A stretch of 64,000 nt of DNA from Eledone cirrhosa (taxonomy: Eukaryota): assembly GCA_964016885.1 (NCBI GenBank), contig OZ024749.1, positions 2,604,001-2,668,000 on the forward strand. Direction: 5' to 3'. Shown here piece after piece: positions 25,125-39,496 of this stretch. Numbering within the stretch: the first letter of the stretch is position 1; the number at the start of each line of letters is the position of its first letter. Below the pieces are notes generated by a model that did not search any database, was not told the DNA's origin, and saw only the letters and a program-made list of their open reading frames with translations. Both the position numbers and the translations under genes were made by a program.

Positions 25125-25178
25125 TTAATGGTGGTGGAGATGTTGTCTGTGGTGGTAGTGTGTTGTTGTTGGTAGAGT

Positions 25179-25210
<32 letters not shown>

Positions 25211-25264
25211 TTAATGGTGGTGGAGATGTTGATTGTGGTGGTAGTGTGTTGTTGTTGGTAGAGT

Positions 25265-25299
<35 letters not shown>

Positions 25300-25353
25300 T
25301 TAATGGTGGTGGAGATGTTGATTGTGGTGGTAGTGTGTTGTTGTTGGTAGAGT

Positions 25354-25385
<32 letters not shown>

Positions 25386-25605
25386 TTAATGGTGGTGGAG
25401 ATGTTGATTGTGGTGGTAGTGTGTTGTTGTTGGTAGAGTTAGTAGTAGTAGTAGTGGTGGTGGTGGTATTAATGGTGGTGGAGATGTTGTCTGTGGTGGT
25501 AGTGTGTTGTTGTTGGTAGAGTTAGTAGTAGTAGTAGTGGTGGTGGTGGTATTAATGGTGGTGGAGATGTTGTCTGTGGTGGTAGTGTGTTGTTGTTGGT
25601 AGAGT

Positions 25606-25642
<37 letters not shown>

Positions 25643-25700
25643 GGTATTAATGGTGGTGGAGATGTTGATTGTGGTGGTAGTGTGTTGTTGTTGGTAGAGT

Positions 25701-25734
<34 letters not shown>

Positions 25735-25792
25735 GGTATTAATGGTGGTGGAGATGTTGATTGTGGTGGTAGTGTGTTGTTGTTGTTAGAAT

Positions 25793-25824
<32 letters not shown>

Positions 25825-26136
25825 TTAATGGTGGTGGAGATGTTGATTGTGGTGGTAGTGTGTTGTTGTTGGTAGAGTTAGTAGTAGTAGTAGTGGTGGT
25901 GGTGGTGATGGTGGTATTAATGGTGGTGGAGATGTTGTCTGTGGTGGTAGTGTGTTGTTGTTGGTAGAGTTAGTAGTAGTAGTAGTGGTGGTGGTATTAA
26001 TGGTGGTGGAGATGTTGTCTGTGGTGGTAGTGTGTTGTTGTTGGTAGAGTTAGTAGTAGTAGTAGTGGTGGTGGTGGTGGTATTAATGGTGGTGGAGATG
26101 TTGATTGTGGTGGTAGTGTGTTGTTGTTGGTAGAGT

Positions 26137-26191
<55 letters not shown>

Positions 26192-26246
26192 ATTAATGGT
26201 GGTGGAGATGTTGATTGTGGTGGTAGTGTGTTGTTGTTGGTAGAGT

Positions 26247-26301
<55 letters not shown>

Positions 26302-26789
26302 ATTAATGGTGGTGGAGATGTTGATTGTGGTGGTAGTGTGTTGTTGTTGGTAGAGTTAGTAGTAGTAGTAGTGGTGGTGGTGGTGATGGTGGTATTAATG
26401 GTGGTGGAGATGTTGTCTGTGGTGGTAGTGTGTTGTTGTTGGTAGAGTTAGTAGTAGTAGTAGTAGTGGTGGTGGTATTAATGGTGGTGGAGATGTTGAT
26501 TGTGGTGGTAGTGTGTTGTTGTTGGTAGAGTTAGTAGTAGTAGTAGTGGTGGTGGTGGTGATGGTGGTATTAATGGTGGTGGAGATGTTGTCTGTGGTGG
26601 TAGTGTGTTGTTGTTGGTAGAGTTAGTAGTAGTAGTAGTGGTGGTGGTATTAATGGTGGTGGAGATGTTGTCTGTGGTGGTAGTGTGTTGTTGTTGGTAG
26701 AGTTAGTAGTAGTAGTAGTGGTGGTGGTGGTGGTATTAATGGTGGTGGAGATGTTGATTGTGGTGGTAGTGTGTTGTTGTTGTTAGAAT

Positions 26790-26821
<32 letters not shown>

Positions 26822-26958
26822 TTAATGGTGGTGGAGATGTTGATTGTGGTGGTAGTGTGTTGTTGTTGGTAGAGTTAGTAGTAGTAGTAGTGGTGGTGGT
26901 GGTATTAATGGTGGTGGAGATGTTGATTGTGGTGGTAGTGTGTTGTTGTTGTTAGAAT

Positions 26959-26990
<32 letters not shown>

Positions 26991-27292
26991 TTAATGGTGG
27001 TGGAGATGTTGATTGTGGTGGTAGTGTGTTGTTGTTGGTAGAGTTAGTAGTAGTAGTAGTAGTGGTGGTGGTATTAATGGTGGTGGAGATGTTGATTGTG
27101 GTGGTAGTGTGTTGTTGTTGGTAGAGTTAGTAGTAGTAGTAGTAGTGGTGGTGGTATTAATGGTGGTGGAGATGTTGATTGTGGTGGTAGTGTGTTGTTG
27201 TTGGTAGAGTTAGTAGTAGTAGTAGTAGTGGTGGTGGTATTAATGGTGGTGGAGATGTTGATTGTGGTGGTAGTGTGTTGTTGTTGTTAGAT

Positions 27293-27324
<32 letters not shown>

Positions 27325-27544
27325 TTAATGGTGGTGGAGATGTTGATTGTGGTGGTAGTGTGTTGTTGTTGGTAGAGTTAGTAGTAGTAGTAGTAGTGGT
27401 GGTGGTATTAATGGTGGTGGAGATGTTGATTGTGGTGGTAGTGTGTTGTTGTTGGTAGAGTTAGTAGTAGTAGTAGTAGTGGTGGTGGTATTAATGGTGG
27501 TGGAGATGTTGATTGTGGTGGTAGTGTGTTGTTGTTGTTAGAAT

Positions 27545-27576
<32 letters not shown>

Positions 27577-27630
27577 TTAATGGTGGTGGAGATGTTGATT
27601 GTGGTGGTAGTGTGTTGTTGTTGGTAGAGT

Positions 27631-27662
<32 letters not shown>

Positions 27663-28398
27663 TTAATGGTGGTGGAGATGTTGATTGTGGTGGTAGTGTG
27701 TTGTTGTTGGTAGAGTTAGTAGTAGTAGTAGTAGTGGTGGTGGTATTAATGGTGGTGGAGATGTTGATTGTGGTGGTAGTGTGTTGTTGTTGGTAGAGTT
27801 AGTAGTAGTAGTAGTGGTGGTGGTGGTGATGGTGGTATTAATGGTGGTGGAGATGTTGATTGTGGTGGTAGTGTGTTGTTGTTGGTAGAGTTAGTAGTAG
27901 TAGTAGTGGTGGTGGTGGTGATGGTGGTATTAATGGTGGTGGAGATGTTGTCTGTGGTGGTAGTGTGTTGTTGTTGGTAGAGTTAGTAGTAGTAGTAGTA
28001 GTGGTGGTGGTATTAATGGTGGTGGAGATGTTGATTGTGGTGGTAGTGTGTTGTTGTTGGTAGAGTTAGTAGTAGTAGTAGTGGTGGTGGTGGTATTAAT
28101 GGTGGTGGAGATGTTGATTGTGGTGGTAGTGTGTTGTTGTTGGTAGAGTTAGTAGTAGTAGTAGTAGTGGTGGTGGTATTAATGGTGGTGGAGATGTTGA
28201 TTGTGGTGGTAGTGTGTTGTTGTTGGTAGAGTTAGTAGTAGTAGTAGTGGTGGTGGTGGTATTAATGGTGGTGGAGATGTTGATTGTGGTGGTAGTGTGT
28301 TGTTGTTGGTAGAGTTAGTAGTAGTAGTAGTAGTGATGGTGGTATTAATGGTGGTGGAGATGTTGATTGTGGTGGTAGTGTGTTGTTGTTGGTAGAGT

Positions 28399-28435
<37 letters not shown>

Positions 28436-29774
28436 GGTATTAATGGTGGTGGAGATGTTGTCTGTGGTGGTAGTGTGTTGTTGTTGGTAGAGTTAGTAGT
28501 AGTAGTAGTAGTGGTGGTGGTATTAATGGTGGTGGAGATGTTGATTGTGGTGGTAGTGTGTTGTTGTTGGTAGAGTTAGTAGTAGTAGTAGTGGTGGTGG
28601 TGGTGATGGTGGTATTAATGGTGGTGGAGATGTTGTCTGTGGTGGTAGTGTGTTGTTGTTGGTAGAGTTAGTAGTAGTAGTAGTAGTGGTGGTGGTATTA
28701 ATGGTGGTGGAGATGTTGATTGTGGTGGTAGTGTGTTGTTGTTGGTAGAGTTAGTAGTAGTAGTAGTGGTGGTGGTATTAATGGTGGTGGAGATGTTGAT
28801 TGTGGTGGTAGTGTGTTGTTGTTGGTAGAGTTAGTAGTAGTAGTAGTGGTGGTGGTGGTGATGGTGGTATTAATGGTGGTGGAGATGTTGTCTGTGGTGG
28901 TAGTGTGTTGTTGTTGGTAGAGTTAGTAGTAGTAGTAGTAGTGGTGGTGGTATTAATGGTGGTGGAGATGTTGATTGTGGTGGTAGTGTGTTGTTGTTGG
29001 TAGAGTTAGTAGTAGTAGTAGTGGTGGTGGTATTAATGGTGGTGGAGATGTTGATTGTGGTGGTAGTGTGTTGTTGTTGGTAGAGTTAGTAGTAGTAGTA
29101 GTGGTGGTGGTGGTGATGGTGGTATTAATGGTGGTGGAGATGTTGTCTGTGGTGGTAGTGTGTTGTTGTTGGTAGAGTTAGTAGTAGTAGTAGTAGTGGT
29201 GGTGGTATTAATGGTGGTGGAGATGTTGATTGTGGTGGTAGTGTGTTGTTGTTGGTAGAGTTAGTAGTAGTAGTAGTGGTGGTGGTATTAATGGTGGTGG
29301 AGATGTTGATTGTGGTGGTAGTGTGTTGTTGTTGGTAGAGTTAGTAGTAGTAGTAGTGGTGGTGGTGGTGATGGTGGTATTAATGGTGGTGGAGATGTTG
29401 TCTGTGGTGGTAGTGTGTTGTTGTTGGTAGAGTTAGTAGTAGTAGTAGTAGTGGTGGTGGTATTAATGGTGGTGGAGATGTTGATTGTGGTGGTAGTGTG
29501 TTGTTGTTGGTAGAGTTAGTAGTAGTAGTAGTGGTGGTGGTGGTGATGGTGGTATTAATGGTGGTGGAGATGTTGTCTGTGGTGGTAGTGTGTTGTTGTT
29601 GGTAGAGTTAGTAGTAGTAGTAGTAGTGGTGGTGGTATTAATGGTGGTGGAGATGTTGATTGTGGTGGTAGTGTGTTGTTGTTGGTAGAGTTAGTAGTAG
29701 TAGTAGTAGTGATGGTGGTATTAATGGTGGTGGAGATGTTGATTGTGGTGGTAGTGTGTTGTTGTTGGTAGAGT

Positions 29775-29811
<37 letters not shown>

Positions 29812-30201
29812 GGTATTAATGGTGGTGGAGATGTTGTCTGTGGTGGTAGTGTGTTGTTGTTGGTAGAGTTAGTAGTAGTAGTAGTGGTGGTGGTGGTATT
29901 AATGGTGGTGGAGATGTTGTCTGTGGTGGTAGTGTGTTGTTGTTGGTAGAGTTAGTAGTAGTAGTAGTGGTGGTGGTGGTATTAATGGTGGTGGAGATGT
30001 TGATTGTGGTGGTAGTGTGTTGTTGTTGTTAGAATTAGTAGTAGTAGTAGTAGTGGTGGTGGTATTAATGGTGGTGGAGATGTTGTCTGTGGTGGTTGTG
30101 TGTTGTTGTTGTTAGAATTAGTAGTAGTAGTAGTGGTGGTGGTGGTATTAATGGTGGTGGAGATGTTGTCTGTGGTGGTAGTGTGTTGTTGTTGGTAGAG
30201 T

Positions 30202-30235
<34 letters not shown>

Positions 30236-30570
30236 GGTGATGGTGGTATTAATGGTGGTGGAGATGTTGTCTGTGGTGGTAGTGTGTTGTTGTTGGTAGA
30301 GTTAGTAGTAGTAGTAGTGGTGGTGGTGGTATTAATGGTGGTGGAGATGTTGATTGTGGTGGTAGTGTGTTGTTGTTGTTAGAATTAGTAGTAGTAGTAG
30401 TAGTGGTGGTGGTATTAATGGTGGTGGAGATGTTGTCTGTGGTGGTTGTGTGTTGTTGTTGTTAGAATTAGTAGTAGTAGTAGTGGTGGTGGTGGTATTA
30501 ATGGTGGTGGAGATGTTGTCTGTGGTGGTAGTGTGTTGTTGTTGGTAGAGTTAGTAGTAGTAGTAGTGGT
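23871..30570. repeat. ~6.7-kb compound minisatellite, modal unit 83 bp, roughly 75-80 units
   Basis: GTAGAGTTA(GTA)n(GTG)mGTATTAATGGTGGTGGAGATGTTG(AT/TC)TGTGGTGGTAGTGTGTTGTTGTTG. ATTAAT spacing is 83 bp at 27073/27156/27239. Confidence 0.97.
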
Positions 30571-31350
30571 GGCAGTAAAAATGGTGGTAGTGTTTTTGTT
30601 CTTGGTAGAATTAGTGGTGATAGAAATGGCTAAGGTGGTAGTGTTGTTGTTGGTGGTGGTATTAATGGTGGAGATGTTGACTGTAGTGGTAGTGCTTTGT
30701 TGTTGGTGCTGGTAGAGTTAGTGGTAGTGGCGGAGGTCACTTGTATTTCTATCAATTTGCTTAATACTTAGAGCCTTCGTCTTACTACGATAAAGTCAAA
30801 AGCTTGATTCACGTTGATCTGGTCTACTTAACTGAAACTTCAGTACCTTGTGGTGACCTTGCCTCCCAGTCAAAGAGTAGGACCCTCACAACCAGACCCG
30901 TCCCCTGTGTAGGTACGTATTCTAATTCATAATGATACTAAAGCGGAATTTCAGTGCAACATGGGAAATTAGGGTGGGGTGGGGTAATGATATGGCTATC
31001 CAGATCCCCACTTGGGTGCCAGGGTAGCAGCTACACTTAGTCGTAAATTCTCCAGGTAAAGCAATTCTGTACTGATTTTAGAAGTTAAACGTCCAAATAA
31101 CATCAGTCTCGTACATTTAATCACTAACCATCCAAATAGCAACATTCTTGTACCTGTAAACCTCCAGGTAGCAGAGATACGGTATTCTATTTCTCGTTAA
31201 ACGCCACAGGAAACCAAGATAAGGTCCTGTTTAATGAGCTTCACGCCTCCAAAAAGATTAAGCTTTTGTTTTAATTAATCACATAAGGGACCTTTTCACA
31301 TTCCAATCGAATATATTGACCGAATCTTCATATTTGCTTTTACAATAAAA

Positions 31351-31443
<93 letters not shown>

Positions 31444-31830
31444 ACTATTACTATGTCACTATCGATTTATCTATCTCCCTCTCTCTCTATCTAAACCACT
31501 GCCCCTCCGTCCTTATTTCACTGTTTCAGTCCCTCCCATGCTTTTATCGATCCTTCGATTCTTTCTCCTTCCCTTCCTTTCTTATTTATCTTGTCTTTAA
31601 TATATTTTTCATCCCCACAAATCCCTTTTCTTTCGCCAGTTTCTCTCTATTATTCTCAATATCGATCTCTGTACCTATCTATCTACACTTCTATCGACAT
31701 ATTCGTCTCCATATCTACCTGTCTGTCTGTCTACATTCTGACACATTCTACCTATTCTCAACCTATCTTTCTATCTATTTTCCTTTATTTCATTTTCCCC
31801 AATCTCTTTTCTCTATATATTCTCCTTGCA

Positions 31831-31922
<92 letters not shown>

Positions 31923-32404
31923 TCAATCTCTCTCTTTGTTATCTGTATCGAAACACCACATCGATCTCTATCTGGTTTTCTATCTAAATCAAATTACCGA
32001 TGCTCCACATTCTCACAGGTATTCGAAGACATATATATGAACCACTTCCTCCGCAAAAAAAAAAATAGCAATAACATTACATAACATATATATACCCTCC
32101 CCACCACCACCGCTATCACCCCATTCTGCAGCAACGACACCACCACCAGTGACACCATACAACACACCCATCACCGACAACAACTCTTACATCAATGACG
32201 ACATCACCGCCACCATCCAACATCACTAACACTAACAACAAAAACAGTAACATCAACACTGACACCAGTACCTAAACTACCATCCACAACAACAACAACA
32301 ACAACAGCAGCCCATACCAACATCAACGAAAACCACGACTACAACAACAAAAAGTTCCACCACCAACACCACCACCCAGAAAAACCGTAATATTAATCAC
32401 CTCG

Positions 32405-33067
32405 ACGACAACAACAACAACCAACACCAGCCGAGTACAATAACAACAACAACCATCACCACCACCAGCCAAGTATAATAACAACAACCAACACTAGCCG
32501 AGTACAATAACAACAACAACCATCACCACCACCAGCCAAGTATAATAACAACAACCAACACTAGCCGAGTACAATAACAACAACAACCATCAACACCACC
32601 AACCAAGTACAATAACAACAACAACCATCAACACCACCAACCAAGTACAATAACAACAACAACCATCACCAACACCAACCAAGTACAATAACAACAACAA
32701 CCAACACTAGCCGAGTACAATAACAACAACAACCATCACTAACACCAACCAAGTACAATAACAAAAACAACCATCACCAACACCAACCAAGTACAATAAC
32801 AATAACAACCAACACTAGCCGAGTACAATAACAACAACAACCATCACCAACACCAACCAAGTACAATAACAACAGCAACCGTCACCACCACCAGCCAAGT
32901 ACAATAACAACAACAACCATCACCAACACCAGCCAGGTACAATAACAACAACAACCATCACCACCACCAACCAAGTACAATAACATCAACAACCATCACC
33001 ACCACCACCAGCCAAGTACAATAACAACAACAACCATCATCACCACCACCAACCAAGTACAATAACC
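32405..33067. repeat. AAC-rich ~30-38-bp minisatellite
   Basis: Recurrent CCAAGTACAATAACAACAACAACCATCACC. Confidence 0.9.
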
Positions 33068-33875
33068 ACTACGACTAGTAAAACAAGCAGAGCCACCAAC
33101 TAAGAGAACTAACACAATGACTAACAATGTTAGTGTAGAAATGTATACCAGCCACATTTACCGTATTTTAGTTCATCAAATAAAGACAAGGAATCGTTGT
33201 GTTATTCAAACGATAATATATTCACAGCCAAATCTGTTCGTTAAAAATTGGGTATAAATTCTATTTGAACTTTTGATTAGATTCGCAAATGTGTGAAACC
33301 GGGAATCCTACCTGATCGATTTTTTCTCTCTTTTGCTTCCACCCCACCCCCTCTCTCTGTATTTCACACAGTCTCATCTTGACTGAAGTGAAAACGCAAC
33401 TTCATTTCGTCTTTAACAAAAACAATAAATAAAATAAAATACAATAAAATAAAATAAATGGCACTAAAATATATAAATAACTAACTATAGTCACAAAAAT
33501 TACAAAAAGGAAAAAAACAACGTGTAATGAAAAAACTTAAAACAGGGTGTAAAAGTAAAAATAAAATAAAATAAAAATAAAAGATAAATAAGTAGAAACA
33601 AATAAAAGATAAATAAATAGAAACAAATGAAAAAAAAATGAAAATAAAATGAAAGAAAAATGAAAAATAAATTGAAAAACTAAAAACAGAAATAAACCAA
33701 AATAGAAAAAAACAAGAACGAGAAGGAAAATAAAAGGAAAAAGAAAAAGGGATGAAAAGTAAAAGGGGAAAAATGATAACTAAAAAGTCGTTCATCTTTT
33801 AAAATGGCGAAATATGTTGTTGTATTGTATGATTGGTTAGAAAAACAAAATGTCTGTTTCTTTACTACAAACGTT

Positions 33876-34028
33876 GCTATAATGGCGGAGGGAAGGCGGA
33901 GGCATCAGGGGGTTGCTACTGCTATAATGGCGGAGGGAAGGCGGAGGCAGTCAGGGGGTTGCTACTGCTATAATGGCGGAGGGAAGGCGGAGGCAGTTAG
34001 GGGGTTGCTACTGTTATAATGGCGGAGG
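33876..34028. repeat. ~46-bp tandem repeat x3.3
   Basis: GCTATAATGGCGGAGGGAAGGCGGAGGCAGTCAGGGGGTTGCTACT. Confidence 0.9.
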
Positions 34029-34115
34029 TAGGGATGACTGAAGGCAGTCTTTTGTTTTGTTTGGTCTTTCTTTTCATTTTCTCGTTTCGGTGTTGGTGAT
34101 GGCGGCGGCGGCGGT

Positions 34116-34570
34116 TGTGGTGATAGTGGTGGTGATGGTGGTATAGTGGTGGTGATAGTGGTGATGGTAGTGGTGGTGATAGTGGTGGTGGTGGTAATGG
34201 TGGTGGAGGTGATAGTGGTGGTGATAGTGGTGATGGTAGTGGTGGTGATAGTGGTGGTGATGGTGGTGGTAATGATGGTGGTGGTGGAGGTGATAGTGGT
34301 GGTGATAGTGGTGGTGATAGTGGTGGTGATAAAGGTGGTGGTGATGATAGTGGTGGTGATAGTGGTGGTGATAGTGGTGGTGATAGTGGTGGTGGTGGTG
34401 ATAGTGGTGATAGTGGCGGTGATAGTGGTGGTGGTGGTGATAGTGGTGATAGTGGTGATGATAGTGGTGGTGGTGGTGATAGTGGTGATAGTGGCGGTGA
34501 TAGTGGTGGTGCTAGTAGTAGTGATAGTGGTGATGGTGATGATAGTGGTGGTGGTGGTGGTAGTGGTGGT
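34116..34570. repeat. (GTG/ATA) compound trinucleotide tract
   Basis: Visible directly. Confidence 0.9.
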
Positions 34571-34875
34571 TCTGGGGTTCTTTAGATTTATATTAGTTTT
34601 ATTTTCTACATGTTATATTTTTCAGCATTGTATTTAAGATGGCTGGCATTGGTTGGACTAACAGACGGTTCCGTTCGATACGGTAAATATCAGTAGGGAA
34701 GACATCTTAACTTCAAGAAGAAACAGTTTTTCTATACAGAATTAGTCCCCTATTATCTCTTAATACAACGATTATTCCATCACCATTGATCCGTTAAGTA
34801 ATTTGTTAACATTACAAAGTTTTTTGGAACACATACATACACTTGCATACATCTCTCACTGTGTGTGTATATATA

Positions 34876-34925
<50 letters not shown>

Positions 34926-35018
34926 CGTATATAAACGCATATGTAGACACACACACGCATATATATATATACACACACACACATACATACATAAATACAC
35001 TGACACACAGACGCACGC

Positions 35019-35088
<70 letters not shown>

Positions 35089-35986
35089 CCGTTGAAAAAT
35101 AGAGTCCGATGGAAATAACTTCCCACTCAAGTGATTATTTAAGGAATTCTTTTCGTTATAGCATATTTATCACGGTATATTGAAATCTAAGTGAATTATA
35201 TAGCCATCCATCGATACACCCACCCACACATACGCAGGCGCATGTTCACATAGATACATACACACATACATACATACATACATACATACACATGCTGACA
35301 TACATACACACACACACACACACTCATGCTCACATATATACATATATACTTACACACATACACATGTTCACATAGATACATACACACATACACATGCACA
35401 CACACATACATACATACACATGCTGACATACATACACACACACACACACACTCATGCTCACATATATACATATATACTTACACACATACACACGTGCACA
35501 CATACCTACATACACATGCTCACATATACACACACACCCACACATGCTCACATATATACATATATACATACGCACATACACACGTGCACACATGCTCACA
35601 TATATACATATATACATACACACATACACACACGTGCACACATACCTCACATACATACACACCCACCCACACATGCTCACATATATACATATATACATAC
35701 ACACATACACACACACACATGCTCACATACATACACACCCACACACACATGCTCACATATATACATATATACATACACACATATATATACATACACACAT
35801 ATATATACATAGACACATGTATGTTTCTATCATTTTCCTACCAAACACAGTACAACAATAGACAGAGTGAGGTTTTTCTACTCGGCAACCGATGTAGAGC
35901 GATAACTTTTCTTCTATTTATTAAGTCGTGACATTGTTGAGACGAAAAGAAATATAACAGAAAATTGATTTAAAATAAATATCTAC

Positions 35987-36612
35987 CCTTTGTCAGTGTT
36001 GAACAAACGAGCAACGATGGTTGCTGGACACTACGGCTTAATACGGGATGTTTGTTTACAAACACACCGAGCATTATAATAAATGTTCGGTGAATCCATA
36101 CGTACATATATATATGTGCGCATGTATGTATATATACATACTACTGTACGTCTGTATACATATATGTATGTACGTGTACATATTTATATTTAAGTAACAG
36201 CCGTATTAAGAGTGGGAAATGAAATATCGTTCCATTTTTTCCGTTTATCGTTTTCGGTGCACCCGGCCGATTAACCCACTCGATATGCAAATTGGGCTAC
36301 TCAGCCGTTAATATGCATAAGGTAAGTATATACGTTCAACAATCTGGCAGGAAGGTATACGATGCTGACGATAGCTAATAAGCTTGAAACTAGTACAGCG
36401 TTCCTTTGTCAGTGTTGAACAAACGAGCACCGATGGTTGCTGGACACTACGGTTTAATACGGGATGTTTGTTTACAAACACACCGAGCATTATAATAAAT
36501 GTTCGGTGAATCCATACGTACATGTATATATGTGTGCATGTATGTATATATATACATACTACTGTACGTCTGTATACATATATGTATGTACGTGTACATA
36601 CTTATATCTAAG
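35987..36612 (+). mobile_element. Candidate non-LTR retrozyme, 416-bp monomer x1.5
   Basis: 35987-36194 is repeated at 36403-36612 (period 416) with a complete HHR at the junction. Confidence 0.75.
36359..36401 (+). ncRNA. Type I hammerhead ribozyme
   Basis: acgatg-CTGACGA-tagct(aata)agctt-GAAA-ctag-TA-cagcgt. Stem I extends via TGGCAGGAAGG/CCTTTGTCA. Cleavage is predicted after GUA at 36395. Confidence 0.85.
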
Positions 36613-36863
36613 GAAATAATAACACTACTAACACCACCGCCACTACTACACCACCACCACTAGCACCACCACCTACAACACAACCACCACCACCAAAATA
36701 CCATCACCGCCTCCTACAGCACCTAAAACACTACCACCAGCACCCCCACCTACAAAACCACCTCTAACACCACCAGCCACCATCACCACCAACACCACCA
36801 CCAGCACCACCACCACCTACAACACCACCACCAGCACCACCACCACCTACACCACCAGCCACC

Positions 36864-37585
36864 GACAACAACAACATCACCACCTCCATCACAACAACAA
36901 TAACACAACAACAACAACATCACCATCTCCATCACAACAACAACATCACGACAACAACAACATCACCACCTCCATCACAACAACAATAACACAACAACAA
37001 CAACATCACCACCTCCATCACAACAACAATAACACAACAACAACAACATCACCATCTCCATCACAACAACAATAACACAACAACAACAACATCACCACCT
37101 CCATCACAACAACAATAACACAGCAACAACAACATCACCACCTCCATCACAACAACAATAACACAGCAACAACAACATCACCATCTCCATCACAACAACA
37201 ACATCACCATCTCCATCACAACAACAATAACACAACAACAACATCACCACCTCCATCACAACAACAACATCACCACCTCCATCACAACAACAACATCACC
37301 ACCTCCATCACAACAACAACATCACCACCTCCATCACAACAACAACATCACCATCTCCATCACAACAACAATAACACAACAACAACAACATCACCATCTC
37401 CATCACAACAACAACATCACCACCTCCATCACAACAACAACATCACCATCTCCATCACAACAACAATAACACAACAACAACATCACCACCTCCATCACAA
37501 CAACAACATCACCACCTCCATCACAACAACAACATCACCACCTCCATCACAACAACAACATCACCACCTCCATCACAACAACAAC
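36864..37585. repeat. CAA/CAC-rich ~26-40-bp minisatellite
   Basis: CAACAACAACATCACCA(C/T)CTCCATCA units. Confidence 0.9.
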
Positions 37586-37816
37586 GACACTAACAGCTCC
37601 GGAACAAGTGTTTACAAAATAATACTATCGCTATCTACACTATTCCACACCACCATCCCCACCACCATCACCACCACCACCACCACCACCGTCAACACCA
37701 CCACCATCTCCACCACCACTACCATCATCTCCACCACCATCACCCTCATCCCACCACCAACACCCCCCATCAACGCCACCACCACCGGCATCTCTACCAC
37801 CACCAACAACACCGTC

Positions 37817-37897
37817 ATGTATGTATTTGTGTATGTATGTATGTATGTATGTGTGTGTGCATGTATGTGTGTGTGTGTGTATGTATGTGTATATGTA

Positions 37898-37976
<79 letters not shown>

Positions 37977-38219
37977 ATGTATGTATGTATGTATGTATGT
38001 ATGTATGTATGTATGTATGTATGTATGTGTATGTGTGTGTGTATGTATGTATGTGTGTGTGTGTGTGTGTGTATGTGTGAATGTATGTGTGCGTGTATGT
38101 ATGGGTGTATGTATGTATGGGTGTATGTATGTGTATGTATGTGTGTATGTATGTGTGTATGTATGTATGTGTGTGTATGTATGTATGTATGTGTATGTAT
38201 GTGTGTATGTATGTGTGTA

Positions 38220-38254
<35 letters not shown>
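37817..38254. repeat. (TATG)/(TG) compound microsatellite
   Basis: Visible directly. Confidence 0.9.
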
Positions 38255-38257
<3 letters not shown>

Positions 38258-39496
38258 AACTTTATTCGAAATGTTCACTCTACACTATATTTCCATGTGT
38301 TAGATGTGGAAGCCCCATACAATCTCCTGCAATAGTATAGCAATAATTACTATAAGCTAGTGACATAAAAAAAAAAAATGTGTATCTAGACATGCACGCT
38401 TCCAAATTATTGACTTTCCACTTCTAGGTTCTTTGATGATGAAGAGCCATGTTTAATGACGAAAACAGACTTTGACCAAGGTCTATGAAATACCTATATT
38501 GATTTTAGATATATCCATCTCTAGATATATATTTAACGTAGATATATCACTCTAATTATGCTCTGCATTTGCATCCAGCTCTCTTATCTAACTTGTGGAA
38601 TCATGTATTTAGGTATATATTTTGAATAAGATTTTTAGCACTCATTTGTATTTCCATGATTGAAAAGTTTGTCATGTATTGAATACGAAAGTGAGATATC
38701 AAGAATATAATGGACATATCTCATTGCATTTTCCTATATGTTTCATAAACTCAACATTGTTTAGTTCTCAGTAGATTTTTGATCAGTCACAAATTATTAC
38801 TGCATATTTCTGTTCAAAGTTATACGTAGATAACAGAGTAGCTTCATGATGTACAAACTTAAACTTTACTCATATATAAGCGACGGCTTCCGTTTGGACT
38901 CTCGTTATAGTTATAGATTCTCCGCTGACGCGACATCTTTTTATGACGAAACCACTTCTGGTCTGCAGTGAATAAAATATCTGTATATGACTTTAGATTA
39001 CATACCAAGCTACCTAACTATATACAACCGAAGAAGAAAAAGAAAAAGAAATAGAAGAAAAAGAAGAAGAACAAGAAGAAGAAGAAGAAGTATTTCTATT
39101 GTCTGTGGAACAACTCCAACGTTTCAGTTCCTACATATTTATGAAAGGCTAAAGGTAAAGTTGAACTTGGCGGGAATTAAAATCAGAACAAAGTGCCGTA
39201 ACTAGTCTGTACCAACCGAGATCTTATATACAAATGAAAATAATAATTTTGAAAATAGAATTAGAAGGCTTCCCTCTATTGTGACTTCAGAAACTACTCT
39301 AATAGTTAGGCATATGACCCCCCCCCCCCCTCCCCCCCAAAAAAATGACCATTAGCACCTGTTACTATACTGGTATAGGGTTTTATACCCTAGTATTAGA
39401 CTATTTTCTCTCGTCAATATAGGTGAAGCTTTTAATTCTGGTTTCAAAAATTTTCTATCGCCGCCGTATCTTAATTCACAGTTGCTAACAATAATA

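Noticed and set aside
23871-30570. Mucin-like Thr/Ser-rich coding repeat on the minus strand
   Set aside because: The unit length (83 plus or minus 3n) shifts frame each unit and TAA stops recur, so there is no long ORF.
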